Shown in pieces: positions 28,751 to 44,439 of a stretch of DNA of 64,000 bases. Source of the DNA: the human T2T-CHM13v2.0 reference genome, Homo sapiens; NCBI RefSeq assembly GCF_009914755.1, contig NC_060928.1; one strand, 5' to 3'. Below the pieces are notes generated by a model. That model did not search any database. It had not been told where the DNA came from and worked only from the letters and a program-made list of their open reading frames with translations. The position numbers and the translations under genes were made by a program. Position 1 is the stretch's first letter; the number at the start of each line of letters is the position of its first letter.

Positions 28751-31281
28751 CCAAAATGGGCTGGTGAAGTCAGACCAAACAAACAGACAGCTAGGATAAG
28801 ATGTAGTTGAGACTGGAGAGACATAGCAAGAAAAGGGCTGGTCTTCAAAATCAGAGAGTGCTACTCAAGTCAAATACCTGCAATGGCTCACTGAGAAAAA
28901 AGTGGCTTTGAGAGTCCAATGAAGGTTTATATCCTTAGAACCTGCTTCCTGTTTAGTCACTTCCTCTCAACCTTCCCTCTAAAAACTATAATGATTAGAG
29001 GACTGTCTCTGCAGGGCTTAGGACTTATGCCACCAAAAGCTGTTAATATTGAGGTCAGATAGGAAGATCTCTGGCTGGCTGAGGACTCCCCATGGTTTTC
29101 CTGACTTTGTAAGTCTGGCGCATTGATTGGCTTTCATTCCAAAACTCATTTCCTGCTGAAGGTGAATCAGCTCAGTCTGGCCAGTGTCCCTGCCATCTTC
29201 TATTCTGCTGTAGAGCCCTGAACCACACATTAAGATCTGTACCTATGGCACATGAAATCTTGTTCTAGTTATACAGAAGAAAATCACAAAAGGAAATGAG
29301 AATAATTAAAAGGGTTAAATATGAAATCATATGGACCAGATATAAAATTTTGTCTCAAGTTTTTAAAAGTTATTTTCAAGGCCTAGGAGGACCACTGGGA
29401 CGACTGGAAGAAAATAGCGAAGACTAAACTTTTTAGATACTGGGGAATAGAATACCTTGCATTAACGTGATTATTGATAATTGTATATTTCTGTTTGCAT
29501 GTGATGCCAAAAATCTTTTGTATACTTCAGTGGTGTTAATTTCCCATCTACTTGTGTAAACTAGGTGTAATCTTTGAGCCATTTCCTGAAGTGATGGAAT
29601 ATTCACCCTTTGTTCTGGTCAATAATTGTAACATAATTTGCTTAAATTTAGATAACTGAAGCTTGGTATTTTCTGGAATTCTTTTTCCTGAAGAACATAC
29701 ATAATTGGGAGTAATGATAGAGTTAAGTTTGTTAATCTTAATCCATTTATTGTTTCTAACCATCAAATCAAATGGGAGATTTCTAGTCTCTCATCTAAAC
29801 TTAATAGATATCTTATCCTTGTATTACTGTAACTGTATTTTATATGCAGTTCTTGTGACCACAGAAAATAATTCTCTTTTGTTTCCTACTATTTTTTTGT
29901 TTTGTTTTGTTTTGGGTTAAAATGGTTTATAATCTACATTAAAACTCTTTTCTGTCCTTATATGAAAAAAGATGAAAATGAAAACTCAATAAACCAAAGT
30001 AGCACGGATTTTTCTGAAAGAAAAGAACTGAATTTTGGGGAAAAAGTATTCACTCTGTGATGAGCGTTTCTGTACCCTACCTGGAACCAATTCCTTATTT
30101 TGTGGTCAGTCTATGTATAGCAGAGACTGTGTCGAAGGTATTGGTATCTGATAAAAGTGAACAAAGTTCTAATGAGCTCATTCATTTTTTTACTTTTTTC
30201 AAAGCAAAGATTTTTTTCTTCCTTTCCCACAATTTCTCCATTTAATTCATACACATTAATTGTAATTCTAGAAATGCTAGTAATTCTCTATTATAGTTAC
30301 TATGATGGTCATAGAATTAATTAAGGTTACAACAGTAAAATTTGTGTTAATTATTATTAACCATATTCTTTAGTGTTAAAATTTTGCAAACAAATAAATA
30401 ATAGAATAAGCATAAGTTTCTACAAACTTATATGAATCACAGTGATCTCCAATATCTGCGTTTACATGCTTAGAGGCAAAACATATAAAGAAACAGGAAC
30501 TTAGCCTAATCAGTGAACTAAATCTGAAAATACGGATCTCACAGAAAAGATCATGCCCTCCTCAGCGTGAATCTGGCCCGCTTCATTTTGCTTTCCTCAG
30601 CTGGGGCTGTTCAGTGGTGCAAAGAAAACATTGTAAAATGCTTACGGCTTTTAGAAGTGCTTCTGAGTTCTTTAAATAATGGTAAGAGTTGCAAATCTTA
30701 TAGGAAGGACCTGTCACAGAAAAGCTTTATTCAGTTGCACAGGGAATGGTGAACTCGTTACTGAGAGCTGCTCTAAAGAGAAACACTTATAAGAAAGGGG
30801 TACTGAAGTATTCATTATCGTAAAACTTAAAGAGAACAAATGTGTGTTTCATTGCACATCTAAACCTAATATCTGTAAAGGGGGTCTGTGGCAGCCAGCA
30901 GAGGGAGAAAGTGAAATTCTGCAGACGGATAAAAAGGAACTTTCAACACCCAGCTTATTTTTTTGGCAGAGATTCAATGCACTGGGAATTGTCCAGCAAA
31001 ATGGGTTGCACTTGGCAGATCTGCAAATATGCATATTTCTGCTCAGTACCATCAGGCAAACATAGAGACTTCCAGAGGAACTAATTATCTTTTGTCTTTT
31101 TTACCTTAGAAAGAGGATAATATTTGGAAGACAACTATTAAGAGATTTTAGAGGCAATGTTTAAAAAAATGTTGAAAGAGAATTCTATATTTAGCCTTCT
31201 TTTAAAAAGTTTTTAATACCCATTTGTGCTCCCAAAATAATTTATCATAATTGGCAGAAGCTCAAACCATTTGGTTTATAA

Positions 31282-31971
<690 letters not shown>

Positions 31972-32216
31972 GCCATTATCAATATATTTTTAAACAAACT
32001 CTGTTGCTATGTTTTTCCTTATTATGTTGTCATTGACACTAGAGAGAAGCTAAAGTTGCTCTATATATTTTGTCAGGTCATTGAGATAAAAAAAGAAAAA
32101 AGCTATCTACATCAGATATTTAGAGAATATTTGAGTTAGCTAGAAAAATAGTTTAAGTTTTTAAAGTGAGTTAGCTAAAAATACATCTGTTTAATTGATT
32201 ATTGTGTTAATAATTA

Positions 32217-32614
<398 letters not shown>

Positions 32615-33105
32615 TTAAGTGACAACAATTGGAAAAAGAGAAGGAACCGGTTATGTGAGCCAGTTGTTTCCAAACATACTTATTTTCTATGAAAAGATGA
32701 CCAAACCCTGATACCCTGATAAAACATATTACTTTAGAAGCCATTTATTCCTACTTAAAAGTTCCCAAGCAAAATTTCACTCGTGTAATATTGAATTTAA
32801 GAAAATTAATCTAGTTGCCATTTTTTGAGTGGGGTAAGGGGTGGTGTATATTATGATTTTCCTATCCCTCCCATTTTCTTATCTTTTAAGTGGGGAATCC
32901 CAAAGTAAAAATATATATTCCTAGAAAAGTAACCTGGAAAATATCACACAATTATGAGAGCTTAATAGAGGATAGCCCACACTATGGTTTCTAGAAGACC
33001 AAATTTGTGAGCAGCCTAATTTATTTTGATATTATTAGGAAGAAGTCAGCCATGTGACCAGAGTGAAGTAGAGATATGTATATGTAAATTAAATAATTTT
33101 TAGGT

Positions 33106-33220
33106 TCTAGTCCCAGTTACTTGGGAGGCTGAGGTGGGAGGATAGCTAGAGCCCAGGAGTTCAAGTCCAGCCTGGGCAACATAGTGAGACCATGTCTTTA
33201 AAATAAATAAATAAATAAAT
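33106..33220 (+). mobile_element. FLAM-like monomer, 5'-truncated, (AAAT)n tail
   Basis: gtcccagttacttgggaggctgagg...gggcaacatagtgagacc. Confidence 0.8.
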
Positions 33221-33707
33221 ATTAAAAAATAATTTTCAGATTCTAGAAATGACTACATCTAGGAAGACATGATGTAATGAATGTTGATGGGGGTGGTGTG
33301 GGGTAGGGGAAGCACTAGACTGAAAATCTGCTGAAGTCTCTAAGGTTTTTTCCAAATTTATAATTTTATGTTATAATATGTAGATGATTGGAACAAAGTG
33401 CACTACATAGGCTCGGGATGCCTATGTAACCGTAAAAAAACTCATATTAGCTCCAGTGGTAGAGTACAGAGTTCTTCATATCTATTGTTGCTAGGATCAA
33501 TCCCATTCTAACCATCCAAATTATTTGATAATAGCATAGTGCTATATTAAATATTACTTGAATATTAAAATTTATGTAAATGGCCAGTAATGGATACTTA
33601 ATTACCTTTCTGTAATGTAGAGTTTTATGGTAAAATGAAGCTTATTGTAAAGGATTTTGACTAGTATAATTATTTTTCCTGTTGAATATGTAAAGTCAAT
33701 ATTATCA

Positions 33708-33775
33708 GTCTCTCTGTGTTACCTAGGCTTGCCTTGAACTCCTGGGCTCAAACGATCCTACCACCTCAACCTCCT
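33708..33775 (-). mobile_element. Alu/FLAM fragment
   Basis: ccttgaactcctgggctcaaacgatcctaccacctca. Confidence 0.7.
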
Positions 33776-34349
33776 GTACACAGTATATTTTAATGTTAAA
33801 ACAATTGATTTTACTTTGGACTTTTACTTATTCCAAACTTTCTTAATACTGTGTTTCTGATCAGGATTAATTTTTGAATAATACATTTTGAAACTATACA
33901 TTTTTGGATTTTGCTCAGTTAAGTTTTGGAATCTGTATATGAGTTTAATACCTTGAATTCTCTGGATGGTTAAAAATATGTTTATAGCCTCTCTTTCCCT
34001 CATTTGTACAAATTTACAGATTGCCTCATCTATAAACTTGTTAGATATGCATCATAAAGTTGTACAGATATACCTGTTTTTGTTCAGTAACTTGAAAGCC
34101 CTATTTGGAAATCATAGAGAAGTTATAACATAGTGCATGGACTAGAGTTTGAAAGAGATCCAAACCTTATAAAAATGAGTCAATTTGCCATGGAATTTAG
34201 ATAAATACAGCATTTTGAAATATTTTTTCTCTATATATTTTTAAATATTAGATAACTTTTCATGGATATTCATCCTGTCTTTTTTTTGATGGGAATATTT
34301 TGTTGAGTAATAGTAACATCTATAATTCTTACTTTCTACTAAGGAACTC

Positions 34350-34525
34350 AGGCACATCACACTTTGAGATAGTTTTTTTGGGGTTTCTTTTCAGGTAGAT
34401 TTTTATTACCCTCCTTTTGTGAAAGTGGAAACTGGGGCTTCTGTAACTTGTTTGGGTCATATCAGTGGTGGTTCAAGTAGACTTCAAATCCACCTGTCTG
34501 ACTCCAAAACTCATGCTTTTAATCA
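34350..34525 (-). mobile_element. MIR
   Basis: ggaaactgggg...gtaacttg...tgtctgactccaaaactcatgc. Confidence 0.65.
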
Positions 34526-34673
34526 TGAAGTCAAACTGTAATTTACGTATCTAAATACATCTATAATTGTTTTATATAAAGATAATAATGAAAAACCCAT
34601 TTGTGTTACTGTTATTATATCAGTCATTTACAGAATTGGCATAGGGTAAAATTAGGTGTGCATATCGTATCTA

Positions 34674-34983
<310 letters not shown>

Positions 34984-35819
34984 AGTGAACTAAAATCTGA
35001 TTTTTCCCTTATTTGCTTACTTTTCTTTCTGTGATCTGAGGAAAACAAAAGGACCCAGCCCATGTGGCTTCATATTGGGAAGAAGAGGCACCCACTGTTT
35101 CCTAAAATTTAGAGCTAGAAGGGGTTGGAAAGAGCCGATCCTACCCCTGTTTTTTTAGAATCAAATTCCTGTATCACAGTTGAAATGATTGTCAAAGGTA
35201 AGAGCATAATGTTTGTCTGTTGGGGGAAAAGTCTGTTGGGGATACCTGAAGGAATACATGAATTTGAAGATGGGAATTCTATTTTTGGAAAGCTTAATGC
35301 AGCAAAGGCTGATATAATAGCAAGTGACGGCTGCCTCTGGGGCTGAGTCCCCATGACTACTGCTTTCTCCTGAATAATTACTGGAAAATACATCTAAACT
35401 AAAGTTTATGACTAAATTTAGGGCCTATATGTTCTGATTTTCCCCAGATAATAAGGCTATGAGTTCTACTGAATTGAACTGAGTTACAGAAATTAGATTT
35501 TCATGCCTTTCCTAGTTGTTACTGTTCTTTATACAGCTTACATATTTTTTAGAGCAGGGATCTTCTTAACTTCAAGATCCTCAGGGACTCAAAGTTCATG
35601 ATGGGAGCTCAGCAAATGTACTGGGATAGACAGATAAACGGTATTTGTGTACGTCAAACTTGATCTAAAGACCACTTTACCAAGAACATGAGGCCCAACA
35701 GAAAAATAAGACTTTAAATAGATGTTTTTAAAGGATAAGTTCCAAAGAAAAATATAAAATGGGGTCTATTTTAAATTTTAAAGACTGGTAGCAAGATAGT
35801 ATGAATTATTTTTTCATTT

Positions 35820-36257
<438 letters not shown>

Positions 36258-37159
36258 TCACTATAACATTTGTCTTTTATCACAGAATTTTATATACGGA
36301 ACATAAAAAATTAATATATGCAAAAAGTTTTCCATTCCTGCGTAACTCTTTGGTGTTTTTAATTGTCAGATATTATTGATATTTAGATGCTCCATTGAGA
36401 AAAACTGTTGTGTGAGTTTCATTAAGATAAAAAGTTAAACTACCTAGTAAAAGTATATTTGTTTTATAGCTTAAACAGGACCATTTACTTGTGAATTTTG
36501 AATGTTACAATTTCTGAATTAATAAACCAGTCACATGAATCTGCAGGATTTTTGTGTTCTGACATGGTTCTGATGAGGAAATGGGCTAATATTAAACCTA
36601 ATAGTTTATGGATATAAGTGACAAAAATCTGCCTTTTTCAGTTATTGAAAGTTACTGCACTAAATGCACTATACTAAAGCATCTTAATAACTGAGCAGGA
36701 CTATGAGCCTCAGTGATAGAAAATAGGAGAATGTGGGGTTATTAATCAAAATCACCTTTAATGTGCATCATAATTCTACATCTAAATTATGGTTATGAAG
36801 CAGAGGAAACTGATCTGTAAAAATTTGAATAATCAATGCATAAATAAAATTCCTGCCTTCAATCTATTACATATTTAAGTATTTCAATGAAACATTTGTA
36901 GTCTGTATATTTGGTAGCAGTTTGGATAGCGATGTTACTGCGAGTAAAAGTGTCAACTTTCTACCAAGACCTCTTTCTCCTTAATGGCTGGGATTGAGTC
37001 CCTTTAATATCTCCCATTCCTAGCACAAGGTCAGACACATTAAAAAAGTAAAAAGCAAACAAAACCCCAAAACTCTGATACACATTTGTCAGATAAATGA
37101 ATAGGTGAGAATTTATGAGAATATCTTCAACTAGTATAATAGCATCAGGATTTTCTATT

Positions 37160-37450
37160 CAATGTATTTTAATAAGCAATTTAATGATCAAATTATATAT
37201 CTCATTATATATAAAGTACTGTGATAGATACTTCAGTGGCATTAAGATGTCTTAAACAGGGCCCTGATTTTAAGGAACTCAGAATCATAAAGAAAATATA
37301 TAGGGACAACTTAAATTCCAGTGCCATAAATGCTAAGGGAGCAGAGAGGCATGGCTTGAATAAAGACCAATGGATGTTCTGGAAATTAGGAAACGCATAT
37401 GCAAAGGCAGGGGGATGTGAGAAACATGCAAATTCCAGAGCAGCAAGTCA
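37160..37450 (-). mobile_element. L2 fragment
   Basis: ccctgattttaaggaactcagaatc...aaatgctaagggagcagagagg. Confidence 0.5.
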
Positions 37451-40259
37451 TTCCAGATAGCTAGACCTCACGGTTTGTGGACATTATAGGCTTAAGCTGT
37501 GGTGTCCAAGAACCACACAACTACTTTATGCTACCAACTTTCTGCTAAAGTGACAAGCACCACAATGAAAAAGAGCTTCTAACAGACTCTTTATTGATAA
37601 CTCTCGTGGATCTAAAATGCATTCCTTTTCATATTACATCCTGGTCAATTCTACAAACTTTTAATGCTCCCAACTTCCAATGTTGTTGCTTATTCTCCTA
37701 TTTAAGATTTTGCTTTATAACTTTAGATTTGATGTCCTGAAGCAATATACTTATCCTCCACCACCAACACTGCCATGATCAGAATTCCTGCGGCTGATAC
37801 AAACTGTAGGACTACATTGGAGGTAAAATTGGAAAGAAAAAAAGTGGAGCTCAGTTCATGAGGGACCTTTATTCCATGTGTTACATGTTGAAAGTCTAAA
37901 GAGAAAGAAGTGGCAGTGACAATAAACCTCAACTGTTTGGTTATTAAGATATATTATTAGATGACATACATATCTTGGGGATTTATCATGGTTCAGCATT
38001 GAATCCTTACTTTGTAGGCTCAGAAACTAAGTTTTTCAGTGCACTAAGAAGAGAGCAGTCTCTTGGGGGTGAATTCACATTAAGTAACCTCACAGGAAGT
38101 GATGTATAATATGGACTTTCAATATGTATTGTCACATAAAATTAGAATAGTTGTGCCAAATTAATTTGGTGTTCTGACTTTATGGGTCAATAAAACTATG
38201 TGGGAACAAAATACTAGCCAACAGGTTTTTACATAAGCACGAGACCAGAAGAAGGGGAAACAATAATATAATTTGATTGTCAATGGCATCAGGCTAGTAC
38301 CTCAAAGCACTACCTGCATAAAAAAGATTATCTGGCTACCAGGATTGGAGTGCTGGAGATTTGGGGCCTGCTTATTGCTTCCCTTGCTTGGACTGGCACT
38401 ATCAACATCTTTCTTCTCTGACCCTGCTTTACCTGTCAGTTCTTTACTTATGCTTTTAGTCAAAGCATTTTTCTGAGTAGTCACCTATTCAAAAGGTAAA
38501 TGGGTTTTATTACACAGGCCATCTGATTGATTAGGGGCAGCTTCCTGGAAAAGTCTTGAGAAGGGCTCTGAGCTCAGCCAAGCTCAGTGGACTAGCGTGC
38601 TCCTGAGGTGATGGTTGAAGTCTGCCCCGGCTCAGGGAGGGTGGAATGAAGATAGCTTGATGCATTTGGCATCCTTGCATAAATAATTCAGGTTATGAAA
38701 GCACCCGAAAGAACATAAGTGGGAAAGTGACATCAACAAGTTTTCATTTAGTGAAAAAAAAAGATGATCAAGTCACCTTCCCAGATTTGCCGCACCCACT
38801 CTCACTCTGAAAGTAAGCTATTTGACAGTAGCGGGGAGACGTGGCGGAAACATCCAAGTCCGGACACTAGTTTTCTTTGATCGCCCTCACCATGGCTGCT
38901 GCATTTGTTGTCTGAGTGAATATTATTTTTCCTGTTTGAAGAATAGAGAGGGGAATGATGCCACACTCTAACAAATAAAACTAAAAAGCATGGCAGTAAT
39001 ATTAATTATGTGATCTACTGTCTTCTTAAGTGTTTTGAATGTTATTTGGCATATCAACAGAATGAATAGTTTTGGATTGCAAATGATTTTTTGTATCCTT
39101 TAATTTTCATGCTGTTTGCTTTCTGTTTTTGAAAATTTGTTGAAGATTGTCCTTGACAGTTTGTTTTTCTAAATTCCCACTTGTTTGTTTGCTTGGCTGT
39201 TGTTTATTTGGCTACTTCTTGAACGTGGAATTCATGTTTGCATATGATTATATCTGCATAATTATTTGAGTTTATATATAGCTAATCAGGGGTGGTAATA
39301 TGCTCTGCTTTAATTGACCCCTGATTACTTCTGCTTTCTATGGAATTTCTATTTTCTTTCACTTTTTAGTTAATAAAGAGTTATTTATCATTTTCCACAT
39401 GGAAATACCCTTTTAGGCCTGAGTAAAGTAGACCTTTTCTCAGCTTAGAAGAAATCTCTTAGTATACTGGAATATGCATACTAATATTGTCTTCCAGCTT
39501 TAGCTCCATATTGACAATTGGCAATAGCATCTTTTGTATTAGATGGATTTATAGGTGATAGTGAAGACTTGTAGCAGTTATATGGAGCAGGGTATAGCAT
39601 TAAAGCAATTTATTATTTTATAATTTGTAACTCCATTAGCGTTACTCAGCTTTTATCTCTTTATCACAGTTATTTTTATTTATAAATGTTAACTATTTTT
39701 TAATGTATGTAAAAACAAGCATTATTTTAAATTAAAAACTATGGAAACTCACTCGTTGATGGTCATTAGTGTCGGTTGAAGTCCAACGTGTCAGGTAAGG
39801 AAATAAAACAATTAGTTTATTTTATGAAGGCCAATTTAATATAATTAATGTATATACTAATTTTCATGTATGTTTATTTTTAATGTGCCTAAGTATTAAC
39901 AGTGCGAGATACATAGAACTTTCAATATTCTCTTTATTTTTCATAAGACAAATGAAATAAGTATAATACCAAATTTATTTTCCTTAACAAAAAGTAACAA
40001 GCAGAAAATTCGTAAACCAGCATTTTATTCAAACTCCTGTCATAGAAAATAATCATTTCTTTGCTTTAATTTTACTAAGTGTTTTGCAAATGTAGCAAAG
40101 TGTTGCCAAACTAATGTTCCAGTTGAGAAATACAAAAGCGAACTTTAAGTGCATTATATCTGCCATTAATGAAAATGGAACATCTTAATGCAAGAATAAA
40201 TATCATTTTGATTAGTAAATCTGTCAGCCTAACTATAGCTTTTCTTTCTTGTAGCTATT

Positions 40260-40345
40260 AATAATTTATTATATTTAGAGTTGAATAATAATTTATTATA
40301 TTTAGAGTTGAATAATAATTTATTATACGTAGAGCTGAATAATAA
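40260..40345. repeat. 27-bp minisatellite, about 3.2 copies
   Basis: aataatttattatatttagagttgaat x2, then aataatttattatacgtagagctgaat and aataa. Confidence 0.92.
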
Positions 40346-41390
40346 CATTATGGAATTTTAGGTTTCTTGGGAAGGGCCTTTTCAGATCATTTGGTCCAAT
40401 GATATTATTTTAAGTATTGTAGGAGTAAAAGTTCCTCTTCTCTCCAGTTAGTGGCAAAATTAGGTCTAGAACTCGTGTCTCTTGCCTCTAAGCCCAGGAC
40501 TCTTTTTCACCACTCTATGTTGCCTCTGATTTATATGGCATGTAATATACACTAACCCTTTATAAGACACAAAGTCAATCTGCATTTGTAATGTTTAATG
40601 AGAAGACTCAGCTCATTCTTCTTTTTAACCAATGTTTATAAAACATACTGTGTGCTGGCAACAACTACTGAGATGGTTTTAGGGAGAGACATGGTCTCAT
40701 GACATTAGAGTGGGAAATGTCCATATATACTGCCTTCCTATAGCCAAATAAAGTGTGTTTTCTATCAAAAAACCAGTTAGGAAATAATAAATGTTTCCAA
40801 AATATTATACATATACCAGAGGATGTAGAATATAACACTAAAGAGACAAAATGTGTTTTATTTCTATGTTTTAAAAATCTGAACAAAGTACAACAGTCTT
40901 TAAGGATCTTTGATTGTTTAAACATGTACTTTACTTTTACTTATAAATAATATAAATTGAACATTAATATTTTAAATTCTCTTGGATTTCCACAGGTTTT
41001 ACCATATTAGTTATAAATAGTGTGCAGTTCAGCACAGATAAGCCATTTATTTGCTTACTTTCCTTATATAGCATGTATTTTCATACTACCATCAAGGATG
41101 CTCTGTTCTATTCTCATTTAGTTGAACCCTCATATTCACTATACCATATGGCACATACATGTACTTGAGGATCAAGGAGTCTCTCTTGTGCCTCACCTCC
41201 CACTTTTATTGCTTTGAATGCCAAATAGAAAATAGTTAAATATTATATTTAAAGTTAACCCTAAATTAAAGCTGTTGTATAGCTCATGGATCCCTGATAA
41301 AATATTCAGGGAATTTTATTTATTTAAACACATCATGTTATCAGAGTGTTTTTAATGGTGATTAGTCCAAATGAATAATTTTATGTATTA

Positions 41391-41675
41391 TTTTCTTTTT
41401 CTCTTTTTTTTTTTTTTTTTGAGGCAGGGTTTCGCTGTATTGCCCAGGCTGGAGTGCAGTGGTGCGATCTCGGCTCAAACAATCCTCTCATCTCAGCCTT
41501 CCAAGTAGCTGGGGCTACAGGCGTGTGCCACGCCATGCTAATTTTTGTATTTTTTTGTAGAGACGGAGTTTTGCCATGTTACCCAGGCTGGTCTTGAATT
41601 CCTGAGCTCAAGCAATTCTCCTGCCTCGGCCTCCCAAAGTGCTGGGATTACAGGCGTGAGCCACTGCACCCGGCT
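41391..41675 (-). mobile_element. AluJ-like with internal deletion
   Basis: About 25 nt missing after ggctca (41472-41477); TSD tgtattattttct. Confidence 0.9.
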
Positions 41676-41822
41676 GATTCTGTGTATTATTTTCTTATGA
41701 GAAATATTTTCTGCATTAGGTTTCTTTAAGTTTTTTTTTTTTTTTTTTTTAACTGTTCCATAATCTGACATTCTAAAAGTATAAATTATTTTGAGGATTG
41801 TGAGGTACTATTCCTCTAATTA

Positions 41823-41987
41823 TTTTTTAAAGAGATGGGGTCTTGCCATATTGCCCAGGCTGGAGTGCAGTGGCAATTCACAGGTGCAATCATAGCACAC
41901 TACAACCTCCAACTCCTGGGCTCAAGCTATCCTCCTGCCTCAACCTCCAGTGTATCTGGGACTATAGGCACATGCCAGTGCACTTGA
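41823..41987 (-). mobile_element. FAM (fossil Alu monomer)
   Basis: Carries the FAM-type segment gtgcagtggcaattcacaggtgcaatcatagcacactaca. Confidence 0.82.
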
Positions 41988-42249
41988 CTTCTAATTTTTT
42001 TCAAAACTTCAAGGGAGAATTTAAAATACCATTCTATTTTTTTTTTTTTGCATTATCCACTATTTTTTCCTGTGTTTAAATGTTTGTTATCATGGCTGCT
42101 AAGAAAAGTTTATTACTTTTTCATTGTCAAATGTCAAATAGCATGATCTTCTGTGGATACTACTTAGAATTTATAATAATTAGGCTTTAATTCATTTGTC
42201 TTTGAATATGTTTTTCTGGGAACTGACAACTGACAGGTACCAGATGGAA

Positions 42250-42410
42250 TAAAACTCTGGTCTGAAAGAAGTTTCTGATGCTGGTAACCAGCTCCAGTGC
42301 TGTTTAGCATTATGGCCTCGAACAACTGACTAACATCTTTGGACCTATTTCCTGAGTTGTTAAATGAAGAAGTAGAACTGGATAACTTCTAAAGTTCCTT
42401 TTGATTCAAA
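42250..42410 (+). mobile_element. MIR/MIR3
   Basis: ttaaatgaagaagtagaactggataacttctaaagttcctt. Confidence 0.55.
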
Positions 42411-44439
42411 TATTGTAATTCTTGAAATTGTAGGGCTACTCTAACTCGTCTTAGGTGTGCCCACATACACCAGTTTCTAGAACCTTTGGTTTCCTTTCAC
42501 TGCAGATTTAGAGAGGGGAGACTGGCTCTTTCTTTAAGAGTTTTTAGGACAGAAAGCATTTTTTGAGTATATCTGTATTGAGCTGCACTTTACTTTTCCT
42601 CACACTAACCTCTCTAATTTTCTTAAGTGGTTGTTCAATTCTCCTTTTCATGTAGCCCAAGGGTCCTATATATGGCTCATGGTGTTGCATTCAATCTGTG
42701 ACTGGGTTTTTTTACTATCCACATGGGCCGCATTTAACAAAATAATTGACAAGGAATATTTACCAACGATGAAATCCTGTTCATCTGATTTAGCCCAACT
42801 AGGCTGAATGTTGAGAAACTTTTACCTTCAGCAATGTTCTCAAGACTGTAGAAAAATGATACAAAGAAGTAAAAGACAGGGGATTTGATTTAAAGATACT
42901 ACAGTGCATATTCAATAATGTAGTTCTGCTAGGAAATATTTGTGATAGTAGCATAGACTGTTTAGCCTTGTGTGACAGAGTCAAAGATGGGGTAAGTCAG
43001 TTATTTTGAGCAAAGATTTCATATAGAGCTTATTTGAATATGAAAAGGAAGGTCCTAGAAGCTTGATGTAATAATCAGTGTAGACAATTCAATCTCAGTG
43101 TTGTATTTAACCTATTTAACTATGGTCAAAACCTGAAAAACAGCTTTAATTGAAAATGACTCTCTAATATTCCTTGTCACTGATACCAACCTAGCAAAAC
43201 CCAAGCTACAGTAGAAGAGGAAATAAAGTTCTTATTTTAGGTTATCTCCTCTGTTTCTATTATTATAAAAGATAAGTTGTTTTTACTGTGTCTTAAAAGA
43301 AAAGATAATATCTTACATAATGCTAGGATTTTTTTTCTAGCTACAAAAAATACCTTGAATTTATTATTAGACGTGTAGATTTAAATGTCACAAGATATGT
43401 ACTTCCAAAATAGAGGTGCAGTTTCATCAATCAGCATACCGTAGTGGACACATTATTCTATCTTTAACATTTTTATATTTTGACATTTAGTAGCACTAGA
43501 TTCAAAGCTAATCCCACTCAACACATAGCACTAAACTAGACATCAGTGAAATTAAATACATTTATATTCCAATACTTTAAAAATTGCTCTAAGGGATAAA
43601 ATTGAAGAGTTATTTTAAAGTGTTTTTAATGTTGTTGTTTCATTGCCTTTTTCAAATATAATGGTAAAACATTTGCCCTAGTAGAGTGCTGTATGTAGTG
43701 GGTACTTAATCTGCTAACTAAAATGTTAAGCTCTATACTGTGGAATTCCTTTCAAAATGAGGCTGATTATAAAGCTAAATGTTGCTGTATTTTTTTTTTT
43801 TAATGAGCACCTGTCTAATGAAATCCCCCAAAATAACAAGCTCAAGTGATACATAAAATTGGGGAAAAATAACATGAGCTAGATATTTTTGAAAAGAAAG
43901 AAAGACTGTCTTTTGCAAATATGAATTAGATATTAAGCAAAAAATTCATGACTGCTCTAAAATTAGAATGTTCATTTTAAGTACTCCCAAAGGGCCAAGT
44001 GCTGAAATTTGAACAGTGAAATGAACAAAATGGGAACTAAAATATTAACATTAAGCAATCTCTTGAGTAAAGTTGTAAAAAATAGTATTGGTCACTTTTA
44101 CTATGTTGTTAAGTTTTAGATATTGGAATAGAGAGGAAGGAGGAATTTGGAAAGGAATATAATAAAACGCCCAGATTCTTGGAATTTGATTCAAACCAGA
44201 AGGAAATGATCTCTGAAATTCAGCACAGATTTTAAAATAATAATTCTTCCAGTTGTGAAACACTTTAGTCGCACCTCTGCTTTAATGACTTGGAAGATAA
44301 TTCTATAAGTCTCAGTGTAAAAAATGAAGAATGATATATAAAAATGATTTTAAAGTTAATTAAAAAGGTGAAGATATACTGACATTTTAAAACTAAGGGC
44401 CTTTTAGATTTCTTGAAACATCTCTAAAAGATGTGAGCT

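Noticed and set aside
30049-30161. Box C/D snoRNA-like layout (GTGATGA...CTGA with ttcact/agtgaa flanks)
   Set aside because: Terminal stem is offset from box D, there are no clear C'/D' boxes or recognisable guide, and such motifs are frequent by chance.
34380-34400. tttcttttcag|gtagat as a recursive site
   Set aside because: Weak reconstituted donor, and it lies within a MIR remnant.
39670-39794. Exon-like segment (tcacag|...CAG|gtaagg)
   Set aside because: Extremely AT-rich body that resembles intron; likely a pseudo-exon.
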